From Vicugna vicugna (lineage: Eukaryota): a stretch of DNA of 64,000 nucleotides. The translations under genes and the position numbers were made by a program. Shown here piece by piece: positions 40,600 to 53,930 of the stretch. A model generated the notes under the pieces. It saw only the letters and a list, made by a program, of their open reading frames with translations. It was not told where the DNA came from and did no database searches. Location: assembly GCA_013265495.1 (NCBI GenBank), contig MU058000.1, positions 2,604,001 through 2,668,000 on the forward strand, written 5' to 3'. Within the stretch, counting starts at the first letter, position 1. Each line of letters begins with the position of its first letter.

Positions 40600-41035
40600 A
40601 AGATGAGTCATCAAACTTTCAAAAGTGACCTGGAGATTTGGGGGCAAAAAAAAAAAGGTTATTTGTTTTCAGCAACAAAATCCTGTGAAAACATTTGGAG
40701 ATCATTTACAATTTGATGATTCTGTTTTTCTCCCTTTAATTGCTTCTCAATGAAAGGAAACTGAAAGAGGATGACTATAACTGTGAGGAGTTTCAATAAT
40801 TAAAATGTCACCTAGCAACTTTAAGAAACTCTGGCATGAAGCTGAGTATTTTATTTGAAAATAGGAATTTCACTATCTAGTGTTCACAGTTGGGACTTCC
40901 CAGCAGGATTGCACAGCTGTGTCTACACTGCACCACAGTGCCATGATGGAGAGTTATATTCAGCCCAACATTGACAAAGAGTCCCTCGGTAGCCAGACGT
41001 GGGGTTTTTGATAAGCTTTCAGGTGACTCACTAAA
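40600..41035. promoter_or_regulatory. Candidate inducible enhancer (AP-1, IRF, RFX, NF-kB motifs)
   Basis: Motif matches only: TGAGTCA 40604, GGAAACTGAAAG 40756, GTCACCTAGCAAC 40807, GGGACTTCCC 40892, TGACTCA 41024. Confidence 0.4.
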
Positions 41036-41319
41036 AGTTCCATTTTAATCTTGATTTTGCCATTATATAGGCAATGGCTGAGTTAGTTTGGAGATTTTTA
41101 TGAGGCTTTCAATGAACTGTTCAGAAACAGGTACTGGTGGAGATGGCTTTTTCATCTTTTTTTTTTATCATTTTATCTTATTATTCTTTTATGAATCTGT
41201 TCTGTTTACTGAAAATTCCGTATCATGCTTTAATTTTACCACTCATTCACTCATTTGTTAAGTATTAATTATACAACTATTATGTGCCAGACCTTCAGTT
41301 GTTGGATCCTTTAGGGTTG

Positions 41320-41482
41320 TCTTACCTGCAGAGAGTTGCTTCACTCAGATCACACTTTCTCGGAGACAGCCACGTTTAGTAGCTGGTAGAACTGAAGTGA
41401 AACCCTTGCCACTAATTCTAATGAGGATCCACCCTGGTAGGACATTTTCATTCCCGAGCTCACCAGAACTGGCTAAGGCTGG
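41320..41482 (+). mobile_element. LTR16-like fragment
   Basis: agagagttgcttcactcagatcacac...acccttgcc...cccgagctcaccagaactggctaaggct resembles LTR16 and the reverse complement of 33728-34161. Confidence 0.55.
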
Positions 41483-41487
41483 TGTAG

Positions 41488-41790
41488 GTCAGAGAGGGCC
41501 TGGCATCCGGGAGAATTTCAGTGGTGGCCCTCTGCAGTAGGCCAGGGCAGACTGCAGGAAAGACCATTCCAGTATTGGCCACCTAATAGCAACTGGGGTG
41601 CCAGAATTAGAAATAGTAAAGATTAGGCAATGGTGCTTCACCACCAGAAGGCAGGAGGCTATAATTTTTATGATGAGTGACAAGGTGAGAGTAGCAGCCC
41701 AGAGGCCTGGTGCAGATGGTGTTATGAAGCTGGTTGATAGAATACAGAATCTCTGGGGATGCACAGCCAACAAGGGCAGTGCCGAGCTCC
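41488..41790 (+). mobile_element. ERV-L (HERV16-int-like) gag remnant
   Basis: From 41488 reads VREGLASGRISVVALCSRPGQTAGKT, resembling my recall of ERV-L Gag (VRGAPASLKSSVVALLCRP.LTVG). Confidence 0.65.
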
Positions 41791-41799
41791 GACAACTCT

Positions 41800-42025
41800 G
41801 GAAGTCAGAGAGATCTACGATTTTCGTCCCAGCTCAATTATTTCCCATCTGTGTGGCATTAGCCTACTCACTTAACTTCTCTGAATTTTTATTTTTCTAA
41901 GTATCAGGGCTAATAAATCCTGCTTTCCTAGATTCCTGCTAGATTTAAATTAATTATATACCAAAATAGAGAGGACAGAATTGGGCTCATAGTAAGATTT
42001 TGATAAGGGGTAGCAATTAGGGTTT
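41800..42025 (+). mobile_element. MIR SINE
   Basis: gtcccagctc...tgtgtggcattagcctactcacttaacttctctga. Confidence 0.65.
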
Positions 42026-43527
42026 CATGCATGATACTAACTAGCAGAAAATTAATGAACCCCTCTTTAGAATTTTAACAAAAAGAGCTCTCTAAGCAAT
42101 AGATTAGGAAATATTTGGGAAGGAAAAAAATACTAGATACCTACTTTGGCTTATCAGCCACAGAATAATAACAAATGCTCCAGATAAATGTAAATTGTCT
42201 TAAGGCAATGGGAATGAGTCAGGGCCCTTTAGGAAAAAATAATACTCACCAATAAGGTAAAAGAAGAAATTTAAGACCTAGTTTCTACTTTAGAGAAATT
42301 TAGGTAGACCTTTAAATAAATACATTGAAAAATATATAACTTTGAGGAAATACTCAGGAGAGCAAAAATATCTTTTCGAGGACTGGGAGATGTAGAAAGA
42401 TAATTCAAATAATGTGATTTCTATTTTTATAGTTAAAAGACCATTTTATGGTATGTATCTTGAGGTTTGCCTCGTAAAAAAGATGACATTTCTTTAAATC
42501 TAAATATAAATGCATGGCAAAAAAGAGAAGACAGAAGCAGGCTGTCAACATGTGACAGTCAGCTGCCAAATTGTAAGTGAACAATGATAGTAAATGAAGA
42601 CATATGACATGAAATCTGTTCTTAGACTTGAGAAAGATTAAGTTGGGCAATATTACACATTTTTCATGAATATCAAAAACTAAAAGTGAGGCTACGCATA
42701 TCTGAATAGGTAAGGTCTCTGTCTATTTCCTAAAATTAAAACACCTCTCCTCCAGCCCCTAGGCACACTTAAACTTTTTAAACATTTTCTCTAAATTTTA
42801 AACTTTATCTCTAAAATCTATCTGATTGTCAAAAATGTGACAACTTTTTAAAGTTCTTTTGGCCAATCTCATTTTCCCTAAACCTGTCTTGCTGGTTCTT
42901 TTCCCCTTTGAGATCAGTTCCTTCTAGAGGAAACAAGAGTAGTTCAATTGTGACTTTGGGGTGATAATTTATCCAATAAATGAAAATTGTAGAATTAAAT
43001 CTTAAAAATATTCAAATTCAGTTCAAGTTCTACTGCACCCTCAATGTTCAATTTTGAGTGGGTTAGTTATTACTTTAAGCATTGTTTCACCATTTATGAA
43101 CTGAAGATTAATAATATCATCCCCATTTTGGATAACTAGTTTATTTTGTCTATTTATCTGATTGCACTTTCAATAATAAAATAATATTACATATACTAAA
43201 GTATTTTAAATGTTAAAAGATTTATGGGTCATCTATTTTATTATCTTCAGGAACTGGATTGTTGACTGAACAGTTAAATTTGATGTAAAACTATTTTTTA
43301 ATATTATCCATACTTTGCATGACGGCGGAGCAATAGTCAAATGACTTGCTGTGTTTTTGTGGCCAGCAGAACAGTGTGGCCTTGACACCTAACAGGTTTC
43401 CTGAAAGGGAAATTTCATTCTTTCTCTCACTATTCATAGTTTCCCTCTGTTATGATTAGTAAACCAACCAAATGTTAGCAAAAAAAAAAAAGTGAGGAAT
43501 GAAGATGAAGAATAAATCATATTTAAT

Positions 43528-44555
43528 CATTTTTATTGAGATAATTTACATAAAATAAAATACATAGTTTTTTTAGTGTTTTTAGTGTTTAGCTTGATGA
43601 ATTAGACGAATCTATGTATGTTACTGCCATTCCAATCAAGTTATACAACCTTCCCTTCGTTCCAGAAAGTTCCCTCATCCCCCCCATGACAGTAAATCCT
43701 GTCACTTACCCAAGGCAACAATTGTTTTTAAATCTATCCCCATATCTTACTCTCTACTTTAGCATTTCATACAAATGGAACCATACCCTATGCATTTATT
43801 TGTATCTGCCTTCATTTGTTTAAAAAAAACATATTTGAGCTTCGCCTGTGTTGAGGTCTGTAGCAATAACACATTATATTTTTATTGCTGATGACTATTC
43901 CGTTTCATGAACATAACACAACTTTGTTTAATCATTCTCCTGTTGACGGACATTTGAGTTGTTTTTCAATATTTGTGGTTATGACTAAAGCTGCTATAAC
44001 CATTCTTGTATAACCATATTTGGACACAGGTTCTCATTGCTCCTAAATAAATATGGAGTAGCAATATTTCTTAGGGTTTGTCCTTTTTAACTTTTATTTT
44101 TTTAAAGCACCAAACTATTTTTAAGTGAGTACATATTTTACACTTCCACCAACAGTGCCAGAGAATCCTAATTGTTCCTCATCCTCCCAGTGCTTGGTAT
44201 TTTCACTCTTTTCTTTCGATTTTGAATTTTAACTGAGTGATCTCTTATTGTGGCTTTAATTTTAATTTCTCCAGTAACCAATGATGTGGTATATTTTTCC
44301 ATGTTCCTAATAGAATTTACATCAACTTTTTCAAGAATTTGTTCAGGTAGTTTGCCCATTTTTATTGGACTTTCTTTTTCCTTTTTTATTATATATTTGA
44401 GCTATGTATAATCCTATATACAAGTTCTTTTTCAAATATATCTATTGTGTATATTTCTTCAAGTCATTGAATTATGATTCACTTTTTCAATGGTGACTCT
44501 AAAGAACCAAATGTATTAATTTTTATAAAGTACAATTTATCCTTTTTTTTTTTAT
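43528..44555 (-). mobile_element. L1 (L1MB/L1ME1-type) 3' portion
   Basis: ttttattgagataatttaca...ccagaaagttccctcat...cattctcctgttgacggacatttgagttg...ttacacttccaccaacagtg. Confidence 0.8.
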
Positions 44556-44945
44556 TGCTATGAATGAAGTATGTTCTCCCAAAATTCATATGATGAAGTT
44601 GTAGCCCCAAATACTTCAGAATGTGCCTGGATTCAGATAGGATCTTTAAATCTTTAAATGTCTGTTAAGGTAAAATAAAGTCTTGTGTGTGGGCCCGACG
44701 CCAGAAGGACTGCTATCCTTATATAGGATAAAGCCATAGATACAAACATGCACAGAAGAAGACCGTGTGAGGACACAGAAAGATGCAACCATCTACAAGC
44801 CAAGGAGAGAGGACTCAGAAGATCAACCCTACTGACAAACATCTTGAATTTAGACTTCCAGCCTTCAGAACCGATGAAAAACAAACTTCTCTTATTTAAG
44901 CTACTCAGTCTGTGCTACTTTGTTATGGCAGTCCCAGCTAATACA
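44556..44945 (+). mobile_element. MaLR LTR (MLT1B-like)
   Basis: tgctatga...cccaaaattcatatgatgaag...catctacaagccaaggagagagg...gacttccagccttcagaac...ttgttatggcag...ctaataca. Confidence 0.85.
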
Positions 44946-45019
44946 ATGACAATTTTTTTTAATTTTAATTTTTAATAAATTTTTGCCTTTTCCAAGACTG
45001 TAAAGCTATTCTCTTTATC

Positions 45020-45465
45020 TATTAATCTGTCAGTGGAGTCTTCAGTTGTTTCCATGTCTTAGATATTGTAAATAATGCTACCAAATCATGGGAGTGCAGC
45101 CATGTCTTGGAGATACTGATTCCACCCTCTTTGGATATACGCCCAGATGTGGGATTGCTGGATCACACATAGTTCTCCTTTCTTCTGAGGAACCTTCATA
45201 CTATTATCCATAGTGGCTGCACCACTTCACACTCTCAGGGACAGAACATAATGACTCCCTTTCTCCACATGGTAGACAACATTTGTTTTTTTAACTTTTT
45301 GTTATCTCTATTTTTTTTTCTTCTTAATAACCTCTCTGACAGGTAGGGTTTTGATTCACATTTATGTGATGATTAAGGATGTTGAGCAATTTTTCTTATA
45401 CTTGTTGGCCATTTGTATGTCATCTTTTGCAATATATCTATTCAAGTCCCCTGCCCATTCCATAT
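45020..45465 (-). mobile_element. L1MA/MB-type ORF2 3' fragment
   Basis: gttgtttccatgtctt...gggattgctggatca...tgaggaaccttcatact...ttgttggccatttgtatgtcatctttt. Confidence 0.8.
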
Positions 45466-45490
45466 CTTGCAGCTTCTACAGATCTGCTAG

Positions 45491-45932
45491 TGTCTCATCA
45501 CTTTTGCTGAAATAATGCTGTGTAACAAATCATCTCCAAACTCAGTGGTTTGTAAAAACAATGAGAATTTCTCACTCGTCGTTTTGCAGGTCCTCTGGGG
45601 CACTACTGGCTTTAGCATGTAACTAGGTTGTGGGTTGGATTGAAGCTGAATCCACAGCTAACTAGGCGTGTTCTTCCGAGTGGAAGGTAGAATCACAAGA
45701 GAGCGGATGGTAACACGTGTTGCAGACTTAAGTCTCCATTTAGAAGTAGGAAGGCGTCTTTCTGGTCATATTCTATTGGTCACAACAAGTCACATGGTCA
45801 AGTGTAAAGTCACTAGAACAGAATACATACTCTGCCAGAATAGGAGAAATTCTGGGAAATATTACAGAGTTACATAATAAAGGCTAAGGCTGTTACTCCT
45901 AGAATGGGCTAGTGAATCATTGGGAATAACTT
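45491..45932 (-). mobile_element. MaLR LTR (MLT1I/J-like)
   Basis: aataatgctgtgtaacaaatcatctccaaactcagtgg...catattctattggtcacaacaagtcacatggtcaag. Confidence 0.75.
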
Positions 45933-46399
45933 TCCTGCCTTTATTTGACTGCTTAGTACTACTTTTCCATTTGAATGTGCTCCATTCATTTTTTTTTTCC
46001 TTTAAAAACCTCTCTCCTCATCCAAAATCCAGTGGCAGAAAGGCTTGTTCTAGGTGTGATCCTCGCATCCTGTGCTTTAATCCATAATAACACACTTCAT
46101 AATATGCATAATCCCTGATTTTACTTTCACATACTCAGTGATTGTAGGGGAAGTCTCAGGTCGCGCTGCGTTTTGCACCTTGGATCTTCAGCTCTTTGCA
46201 TGTCACCAAGTACAGGGTTAGCATTTGGAAATGTTAAATAAACGCCTAACTAGATGACCGGATGCCTTATCTGCTTTTATTCCTATCGACACTTAATTAG
46301 TTTTACTCCAAATTTAACTATAAGAAAAGATGCTCAAATAGTTCTTAGGAAAATCTAATGTACACAGATCACTTTCCAGGCTGAGTGCAAATATGCACA

Positions 46400-46505
46400 G
46401 GGAAAAGAAAGATAGACAGAAAGAAAGGAGGGAGAGGGGAAGGAGAGAGGAAGGAAGAAAAGAAAGAGAGAGAGAGAGAAGGAAAGAAAGACAGAAGAGA
46501 GAGAT
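46400..46505. repeat. GA-rich low-complexity tract
   Basis: Almost pure purine run. Confidence 0.85.
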
Positions 46506-47559
46506 GTTAGGAGAAAAGGAAATATTAACCATAGTTTTAAGCTCTGAAAAGGAATAAAGTATCAAATAGATATTGAGGCAGTGTACTAAATGAAAAACAC
46601 GGCTACATACAGTGTATTTAAAATACACTCAGTTTACATAACTCATTCTTCCTTTGCTTAAGCTTTTTTTTTTTTTCTTTAGATTTTGTTTCCTACTTAC
46701 GGCAGATTGCCTAGGATACAAGTTTAGGAGAATGCTATACAAAATTTTAGGTGACTATGCTATGATTTTGTACAAATAATTGAGAATTTCATGTGTGGGC
46801 TAATTGTTTTGTTTATACTACAAATGCTAAATTTAATACAGCCTTGGCAGGGAGATGTGTTTCTTCTGCTAATTTACAGGTGGTGATAGAAATTTTAGAC
46901 GGTAAACTGTATTTCCCAATAATATTCAACTATTAATGACAGAGCCAGAATTAAAACACAGGTTAGTATAAAAATGTTAGTATTTTTAATTTCAAATTAG
47001 TATATGTATGTTAAAAAATCAAGGAATTCTGAATCAAGATAAATTATCAATTAAAGCACTAAGGCAAAGTGTATAAAAATCTTACAGTGTCTAGAATTAT
47101 TATCTTCCTCTCGACTTCCATTTCTAAGACATTTGAATATTTTTCTAACTCCAATGCTAATAGTCAAAATGAGACTTTTTTCTTATTTAATTCTTGTTAA
47201 GAAGATAACAGCTTCCATTCTTTACTCATCTTTGGCCTTTGAAACTGGGATTCAGCATGAGCATATTTTTGGCAATTACTGTCATCTGGAATAACTTTTA
47301 ATCTTTCTTTTCCAATTGGCCTTTTACCTGGTCCTCATTACTCACCACCAAACAAGATGTCTTCCTCTTGTTAACATTTTTTTACCTTATTCCCTTTCAA
47401 CTGTGATTTATTATCAGCATAAGCTGTGTATTTTGGCGAAGCAATTCCTTTGATTTGTCCAGTCAAATCAAATCACACTGCATAATGAGAGATTTCCAAA
47501 GAGGCAGCCCTGTATTTCTGGAGATAGCTCCCAAAGCCAAAAACACCCACAGTATCCAT

Positions 47560-48860
47560 TAATTAACACATATTTAATGAGCATCCTTTTTGTCTAAGAT
47601 GTGGCAGTATTCTTTGAGTGGATCTATGAAGATTAGATCCAGCTACTGACGTTAAAAATTTTCCAGTCCATCTGAGGATACTGGAAGATGCATGTTAAAA
47701 GATAACGTATTATTTTAACAAGATGTGGAGTATGTCCTACATTATGTGTTTGGTACTGAACACTGAGGTTAAGGCAATATACAAAAAAGGCAAAAAATCC
47801 TCATTCTTGTGTCCCTTATATTTTAACAGGGAACACAAGCAATAAAGAATAAATATGATAAGTAATTAATAACAGACTAGGAAGCTATAAATGCTATGGA
47901 AAAATACACAGATTACGGTGGGTGGAAAGTGCTAGGGGCTGAGTGGGGTTGTACTTTTAGGTGCGTGGCTAAGGCAGGGTGTAGTGAGAAAGCAGCATGT
48001 GGATACCTTGTTGATTAGTGTCCCTGGACAATGGAGCAAATAGGTACAGACTTTGAAGCGGCAGCACCTGCTGAATGTGTAGTCAAGAAACTGGCAGTTG
48101 ACCAGTATGTTGCAGCAAAGTATGCAAAATGGTACTGATAGGAAATAAGATTAAAGAAAAAAAGATTTCATTATTTGGCAATTCTTGTAGGGTCTTTTAC
48201 GTCACTCTAAGTTCTCTGGGTTTTGTTCTTGAAGAAATGAAAAGGCATTGTCGGAAGAATATTATCTAACTTCATGAGGACAAATATACCTGCCAAAGAA
48301 TCAGCTGAAGAACACAGCAAAAACCCATGTTAGTGATGATGGAGGCTTGGAGAGGGGTAGCAGGGGTGGATGTGGTAAGAAGTTGGTCTCACTAGAGGTA
48401 GTGAGAAGTTCAGGATATATTTTGAAGGAAGAGCCAACAACATTTTGGGATAGATTGGATGTGGTGTCTGAGAAAATGAGAGATGGCTTCAAGATTTTTG
48501 AACCAAAGCAATCTAAGAAAGAAACTCCTAAAATAAAACTATAGATTTCTGGAATTGAAGTAGTTTGATACAATCATAATAATGTTTCCTCCACTGGTGG
48601 AGAAAAAACAAAAATCTTACAGATGAAGCAGGTTTAAAACTGAGTCTTCAGGAATGGGTAGGATTTAGAGAGAAAAGAGCACAGGATGAATTGAGGTAAA
48701 TGCCACAAGCAGGAAAAGTAAGATACACGCAAAGTGAAGTAATGTAAGGCTCATAAACTTGATTTGAACCAAGAGTCTAGGGAACTAGGAAAAACAATTA
48801 AACAATTAGAAGTCAGTTAGGAATTAAATTGGGGAGACTTTTAGAGGTTAGACCAAATTG
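47560..48860 (-). mobile_element. Cluster of L2 fragments
   Basis: atatttaatgagcat...; caggatatattttgaaggaagagccaacaacattttgggatagattggatgtgg is typical antisense L2. Confidence 0.7.
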
Positions 48861-50137
48861 AAGAAGATTAGTAAATAGAAAATATACATAATAATTTTTA
48901 AAGTCTCTGGAGATAATGAGGGAACACAATGATACTCTTTAATCTAATTGAAATCTATTTTCATTCTAAGTGACAACACAAAATTCCCTATCTGTGCTAA
49001 GATAGTCAGTACTTGTGTTCGTCCATGGTAGTAGGTTTTATCCATTTAGAAGCCAACCTTTAGATCATCAGTGATTTCAAGTGCAGTGCAGAGTGGGCAC
49101 AGCAATAACCAGGCCAATTCGGGCAGCATTTCAAACCTGCAGCCCTTATCAAAGGCTTCAGCCATCAAGCATGGTTTATTGCACTTAGTTGAAAGTGATG
49201 CCTTTGTTTTTTATTTATATAATAAGCAAATGATTGGGTGTCACTCGGAGAGATAGTGGTGATCATCGAGTGACTGAACAAAGCAGCAGAAGGACCACCC
49301 ATTGCTCGCTTACGACTGCTCAGTGATTTAATGGATGGTTTCCTAGAAACAGTCTTTAACATACCATCTTCTCAGCAGATGTTGCATGACACATGGGCTT
49401 TGTCCAGTCAAATGCCTGTGTTTTTGTTTGTTTGTTTGTTTATTTCCTAACAGAATGCCTCTGTTTATGCATGTGTGTGTTTTCAAAGAGAGCCACGTTG
49501 TAGAATCTATGCTCATGGATAGGAAAGCTGAGAGGTGACAGGGAAGCAAGGGGCTGCACACAACACTGTGTTACCTCTAGAAGAAAAGTACTAAAGGCAT
49601 ATAATGTAGTTTGTATGTATGTGAAGAAGAGCAACATAAAGTCAGTTATATCCTCTGTCACAACTACAGATGCGACTAGGTATAGAGTACAATGCAGGTG
49701 CATCGATGTACGTGCACTTTGAAAGGGTGAATTTTTTTGCAATACAGAGTATTTTCAAGGACAGTAGCTAGAGTCCCACAGCTGAAAAAAATTTGCAGGA
49801 GGAATTTTCCTCAAAAGTACTTTCTAATATTTGCTTTCACACTGTACCTTTGAAGTGAACTAAACGACCGACATGGTTTAATCTAATCACTGATTCACAT
49901 TGACTACAGATCTCTTACAGCGGACAGAGGTACTCATCCTTCACGTGAGTCTCATTACTGTCTGCTGACTTTTGTGCACCACCTAATGCATGTAGGAGAG
50001 CTCTGTCAGCACATTACCAAAATCCTAGGGTCCCAGAGTCTGGGGAACAGTGCATTTATTCACGCGTAGTAAGTGCCTCTGGACCACAAGCAGTTTGCCT
50101 GTAGAATGAGTCAACTTACCATTTCTCTCTCTCACAT

Positions 50138-50380
50138 CAGTCTTCTCTAACCAAATTATCCTGAAACTGCATTTCCTAAGCTTCATTTACCCATGTATCA
50201 TCCACATGCTTCACGACTTGTAGTATTTTAAAATTTTTAATTAAATTGACTAATTTTAAACAGGTGCTAATAATACTTACTTCACAGTAATATAACCACT
50301 TCAATAGTAAAACACAGAACGTACATTTGTACCATTAAAAACCATCTTGAATACTGTTTATCATGTCTTGAAATATACTG
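50138..50380. mobile_element. hAT-Charlie MITE (MER113-like)
   Basis: cagt...actg termini and subterminal gtaccattaaaaaccatcttgaatac. Confidence 0.4.
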
Positions 50381-50479
50381 ATTCCCAAATTTTACTTGGC
50401 AGTAAGATAGGATTCTCCCGAAATCCACGTTGAGGTTGCGCTCAACTGTACTCCACTGTTGTAAAATTATGAGAATTAT

Positions 50480-50990
50480 TTAACACATTCATTCAACAGA
50501 AATGACGCTCAACTCTTGATTTTATGAGTGTACTTTCCCGTATCAGGGAATCATACGAGAACATGGCTTGGTGTCCATTTTCAAAGAGCTTATAATATGT
50601 CAGGAACACAAATTATCATGTTGCAAGAAACCAAGAGAGTGTAGATAAAGCTATGAAGGAATTTAGAAGGAAACATACTTCTCACTGGGGATAAGAATTA
50701 CAGAATAGGTAGAGTTTGTCTTGGGCATTTAAGTGGCAGATTAAACATTTAGTCTATGAACATTATGGGGAGTGATGGAAGATGTTCCCAAAGACTTCTG
50801 ATGGCAAGAATGACATTAACTAAAGTACTGACAGAAAATCGCTGGGCAGGATCTGGAGACTGCATGTGGCTCTTAGGGCACAGGGTACAGGAATTTCACT
50901 TAGTGGAGAAGAAGGCTGGAAGGTAGCAGATTGTGTGATGCTCCATTTGCTAGGGTAGGAGATTCGGAATTCTGCAGTAAGTGTTCTGTA
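50480..50990 (-). mobile_element. L2 fragment
   Basis: cattcattcaaca...tttatgagtgtact...tcaaagagcttataat followed by a purine-rich body. Confidence 0.55.
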
Positions 50991-53639
50991 ATTGGCCTTC
51001 TATTACATGTATGTATATTCACTTGCTATATTGTGTAATAGATTATCATTATGAAATAGTTAACCTCATCACTGTTACTGATGTTTTGATAGTGTGTATA
51101 GTACATGAGTATTATTGCTAATGTGATATGTTACATGGCTAATATATTAGGGTATTTTGTATGTACGTCTACACGCATATGCGTGTGTATACATACACAT
51201 GCAGAGGGCATTGCTGCTCTGAACATTATGTATTATTTAAACTGAATAGAAAAAGCACATTATTAAGTAGACTTTGTTACCCATGTTTTCATATATGGAA
51301 AGTGACAATCAGAAACACTGTCACTGTCTAAAGTCACAGACTTATTTATGATTCATACCCAAGTCCATGATGATGCCACTCTTTCATGACGCAAAACCTC
51401 CCTGATAGATATTGACTAGGGTAAATGAGTTTCTCTTATTCAGATGCTTCTGGTGGCTGATTCCTCTTTTCATGAGTTATAAATAGAGTCTCTCTGGTTC
51501 AGAACAAACATGCAGCCTCTCTCACAACGGATTCATAAAATTGCCATTGATAACCAGAATTTAATAACCACGATACTGAGGATGAGTAGCGGAAACAGAC
51601 TTGGCTGCACAAACTCTAGCTAGCAGATGTTTTACTGAAGGCACGACTTCACTGAACGCCAGCGTCTTCATTTGGAATACAAGGATCTCTGATTTCAGTT
51701 ATCTGAAAATCCTTGCCTTTAAATGTATGACGATGTGAGAACATCCTTACCACCAGGAAGGAGGCAGGTCTCAGTCATTTTATCATGTTATTGATTTCAA
51801 GTAATCAACATGATCATTTTCAGAAAAAGTAAAATAATTGAGGTTGTTTGGAAAACTGCTGTTACTTTTGAAGACTATACAAATGGAGAGATATTCTTCA
51901 TTGTGTTTTGATGGTGGTATCATATAAAGGAAAAATATCCATGGATTTGAACCATGAATCAGTCACTTCCTGCCTATGTGATCTGGAATAAGGTATCCAT
52001 AGATGCTGAATTTCAGCTCCTGTGTCTATAGATGTAGGGTGTTAACGACCAGGGAGACTAGCCATAGGTCTGGCACTTAACATAACAGAGATAATGCAGA
52101 ATGCTAATAGGAAGTTTGGGCATCAACTGGCCCTAGGTGACATAGGTTGTAAAACCTTGAAGGTACCTGACTTAACCTCTTGAAGTCTTCAAAACAGAGG
52201 CTATAATCATACCTGCTTCAAAGTGTGGTTGTGAAAAACAGAAGACATGGTATATAAAAACTGGCACAGTGCCCAGTACCGATATCAATCCATCAATGTA
52301 AATGAATATTTTCTCATTAGTTTTAATAACTAGTAACAACCACAACTACTAATAACTGATAATAATAAAAGATAATTGCTATGATAATTACTGTTCCCAT
52401 AAGAGGAACTTAAGATCATGTCATTTTGACTATTTGAAATGATGTGTAATTTAAAATCCCAGTGGATTAACAATTTCAAAAACAGTATACATATTTGAAG
52501 TGACATAACACATGGAGTATTTATTTCAGTAAAGCTTTAACACTGGCCTCTGAAAATTAGGTGCCAAGAACAGAATTTCCTTAAGTGGTAAAGAGACATT
52601 TTGAAAATTCTTTTAGTTTTTGTTTGTTTGGTTTTTTTAAGCTGTGAATAACAGATTAAAATTGCCAAATCACATTATTACCAAGAAACCTTTCTAACAT
52701 AATATTATTAAACTGTATGAGAAAGACCATTAAAATTTCTTAGTTTTATTTCTAAAAGTTCTAGGAAAAGCGATATCCCAAATCCACTCTTTGATCATTG
52801 CTTATGGAAGCTAAGAAAAGAGATCTATTTTCTCTTCTAATTGTATATACAAGAACATATATTCTGTTACATAAAGTTTTGATGTTCAAGCACAAAACTA
52901 TTAAAATATGCATTGGAATCAATTTATAATAATTAGGAGTTTGAATAGGAAGCAGTGTCTTTCTGGTGTCATTTTTCTTAACGTACCAGCCTATTTTATT
53001 ATTTAATTATAACCACAAGTTGTTTCATTTTCAGGGTAAAAGAGCCAGTGTGATTTTACTGTTTGTGTGACTGTTCTCCACGTTTATTTGTTCTTGTCCT
53101 GCCTTTTGCCCTGATGAATGCATTATCTGTTCTTTCCTAATCCTGCTACCCAGGAATGGGAAGGGATATCCGGCTTGGGTGCCTTTTGACCTCAATCTTA
53201 AGTGCATTGCTGCATTCCTGAAAGGCAAACCAGCGTGCCGTTTCACGTCTCCATTCCTGAAATCTCATACTTCACGTACATTGTGTTTGTCTGCTTTATT
53301 TGCCTCAGGATAGAAATCCTGACCTTCTGGGCCATTCCCTCTACCATGCACTTTTGCAGTTCTTGAAACCTCCTTCACCATGAGAAAAGTAAAGCAGAGC
53401 AAGAGAATTGAGGACTGAGATTATTTTATAAATGAAGGAAAGGCAGCAGATAAAATCAACCATGTAGGCTGTCTTTGAATTCACTCACATAACTATAAAT
53501 CTATCCATTTTAAACCCTTAATATATATACACTTATATTTATAATTTATTCATATATTTGGCATAAAAATATTATTTGTCTTATGTAAGTCTCTATTAAC
53601 GCCTATAAGACAGGGAGTTGGTGCTATGACCAGGTCATG

Positions 53640-53930
53640 TGCTTAAAAAGTGAAATCTCTATCATCTGGATGAATATCACAAGCAAAAATTGAGCCAAAG
53701 GAGCCAGACACAGAAGAGTGCACTAGTTATGATTCCGTTTTATACCAGTCTGTGCCCTTGGGGATCATGCTGGTACTTAGTCTTGGCAGGTCAGTAATGA
53801 CTGGACAAGAGTGTGAGTCCTGCTAGGTGTGGGTCTTTGGATATGTGTGAGGTCACTGTGAAAATTCGTTGTTCCACTATTATGACATCTTTCATTACAT
53901 ACATTTCAATTTAATAAAATGTTCTGAAAA
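53640..53930 (+). mobile_element. L1ME-type 3' UTR fragment
   Basis: tggatgaatatcacaagcaaaaattgagccaaaggagccagacacagaagagtgcac...tatgattccgtttta; ends aataaaa. Confidence 0.7.

Noticed and set aside
44551..44950. TSD around the MLT1B LTR
   Set aside because: The flanks tttat and atgac do not match, so no TSD is claimed.
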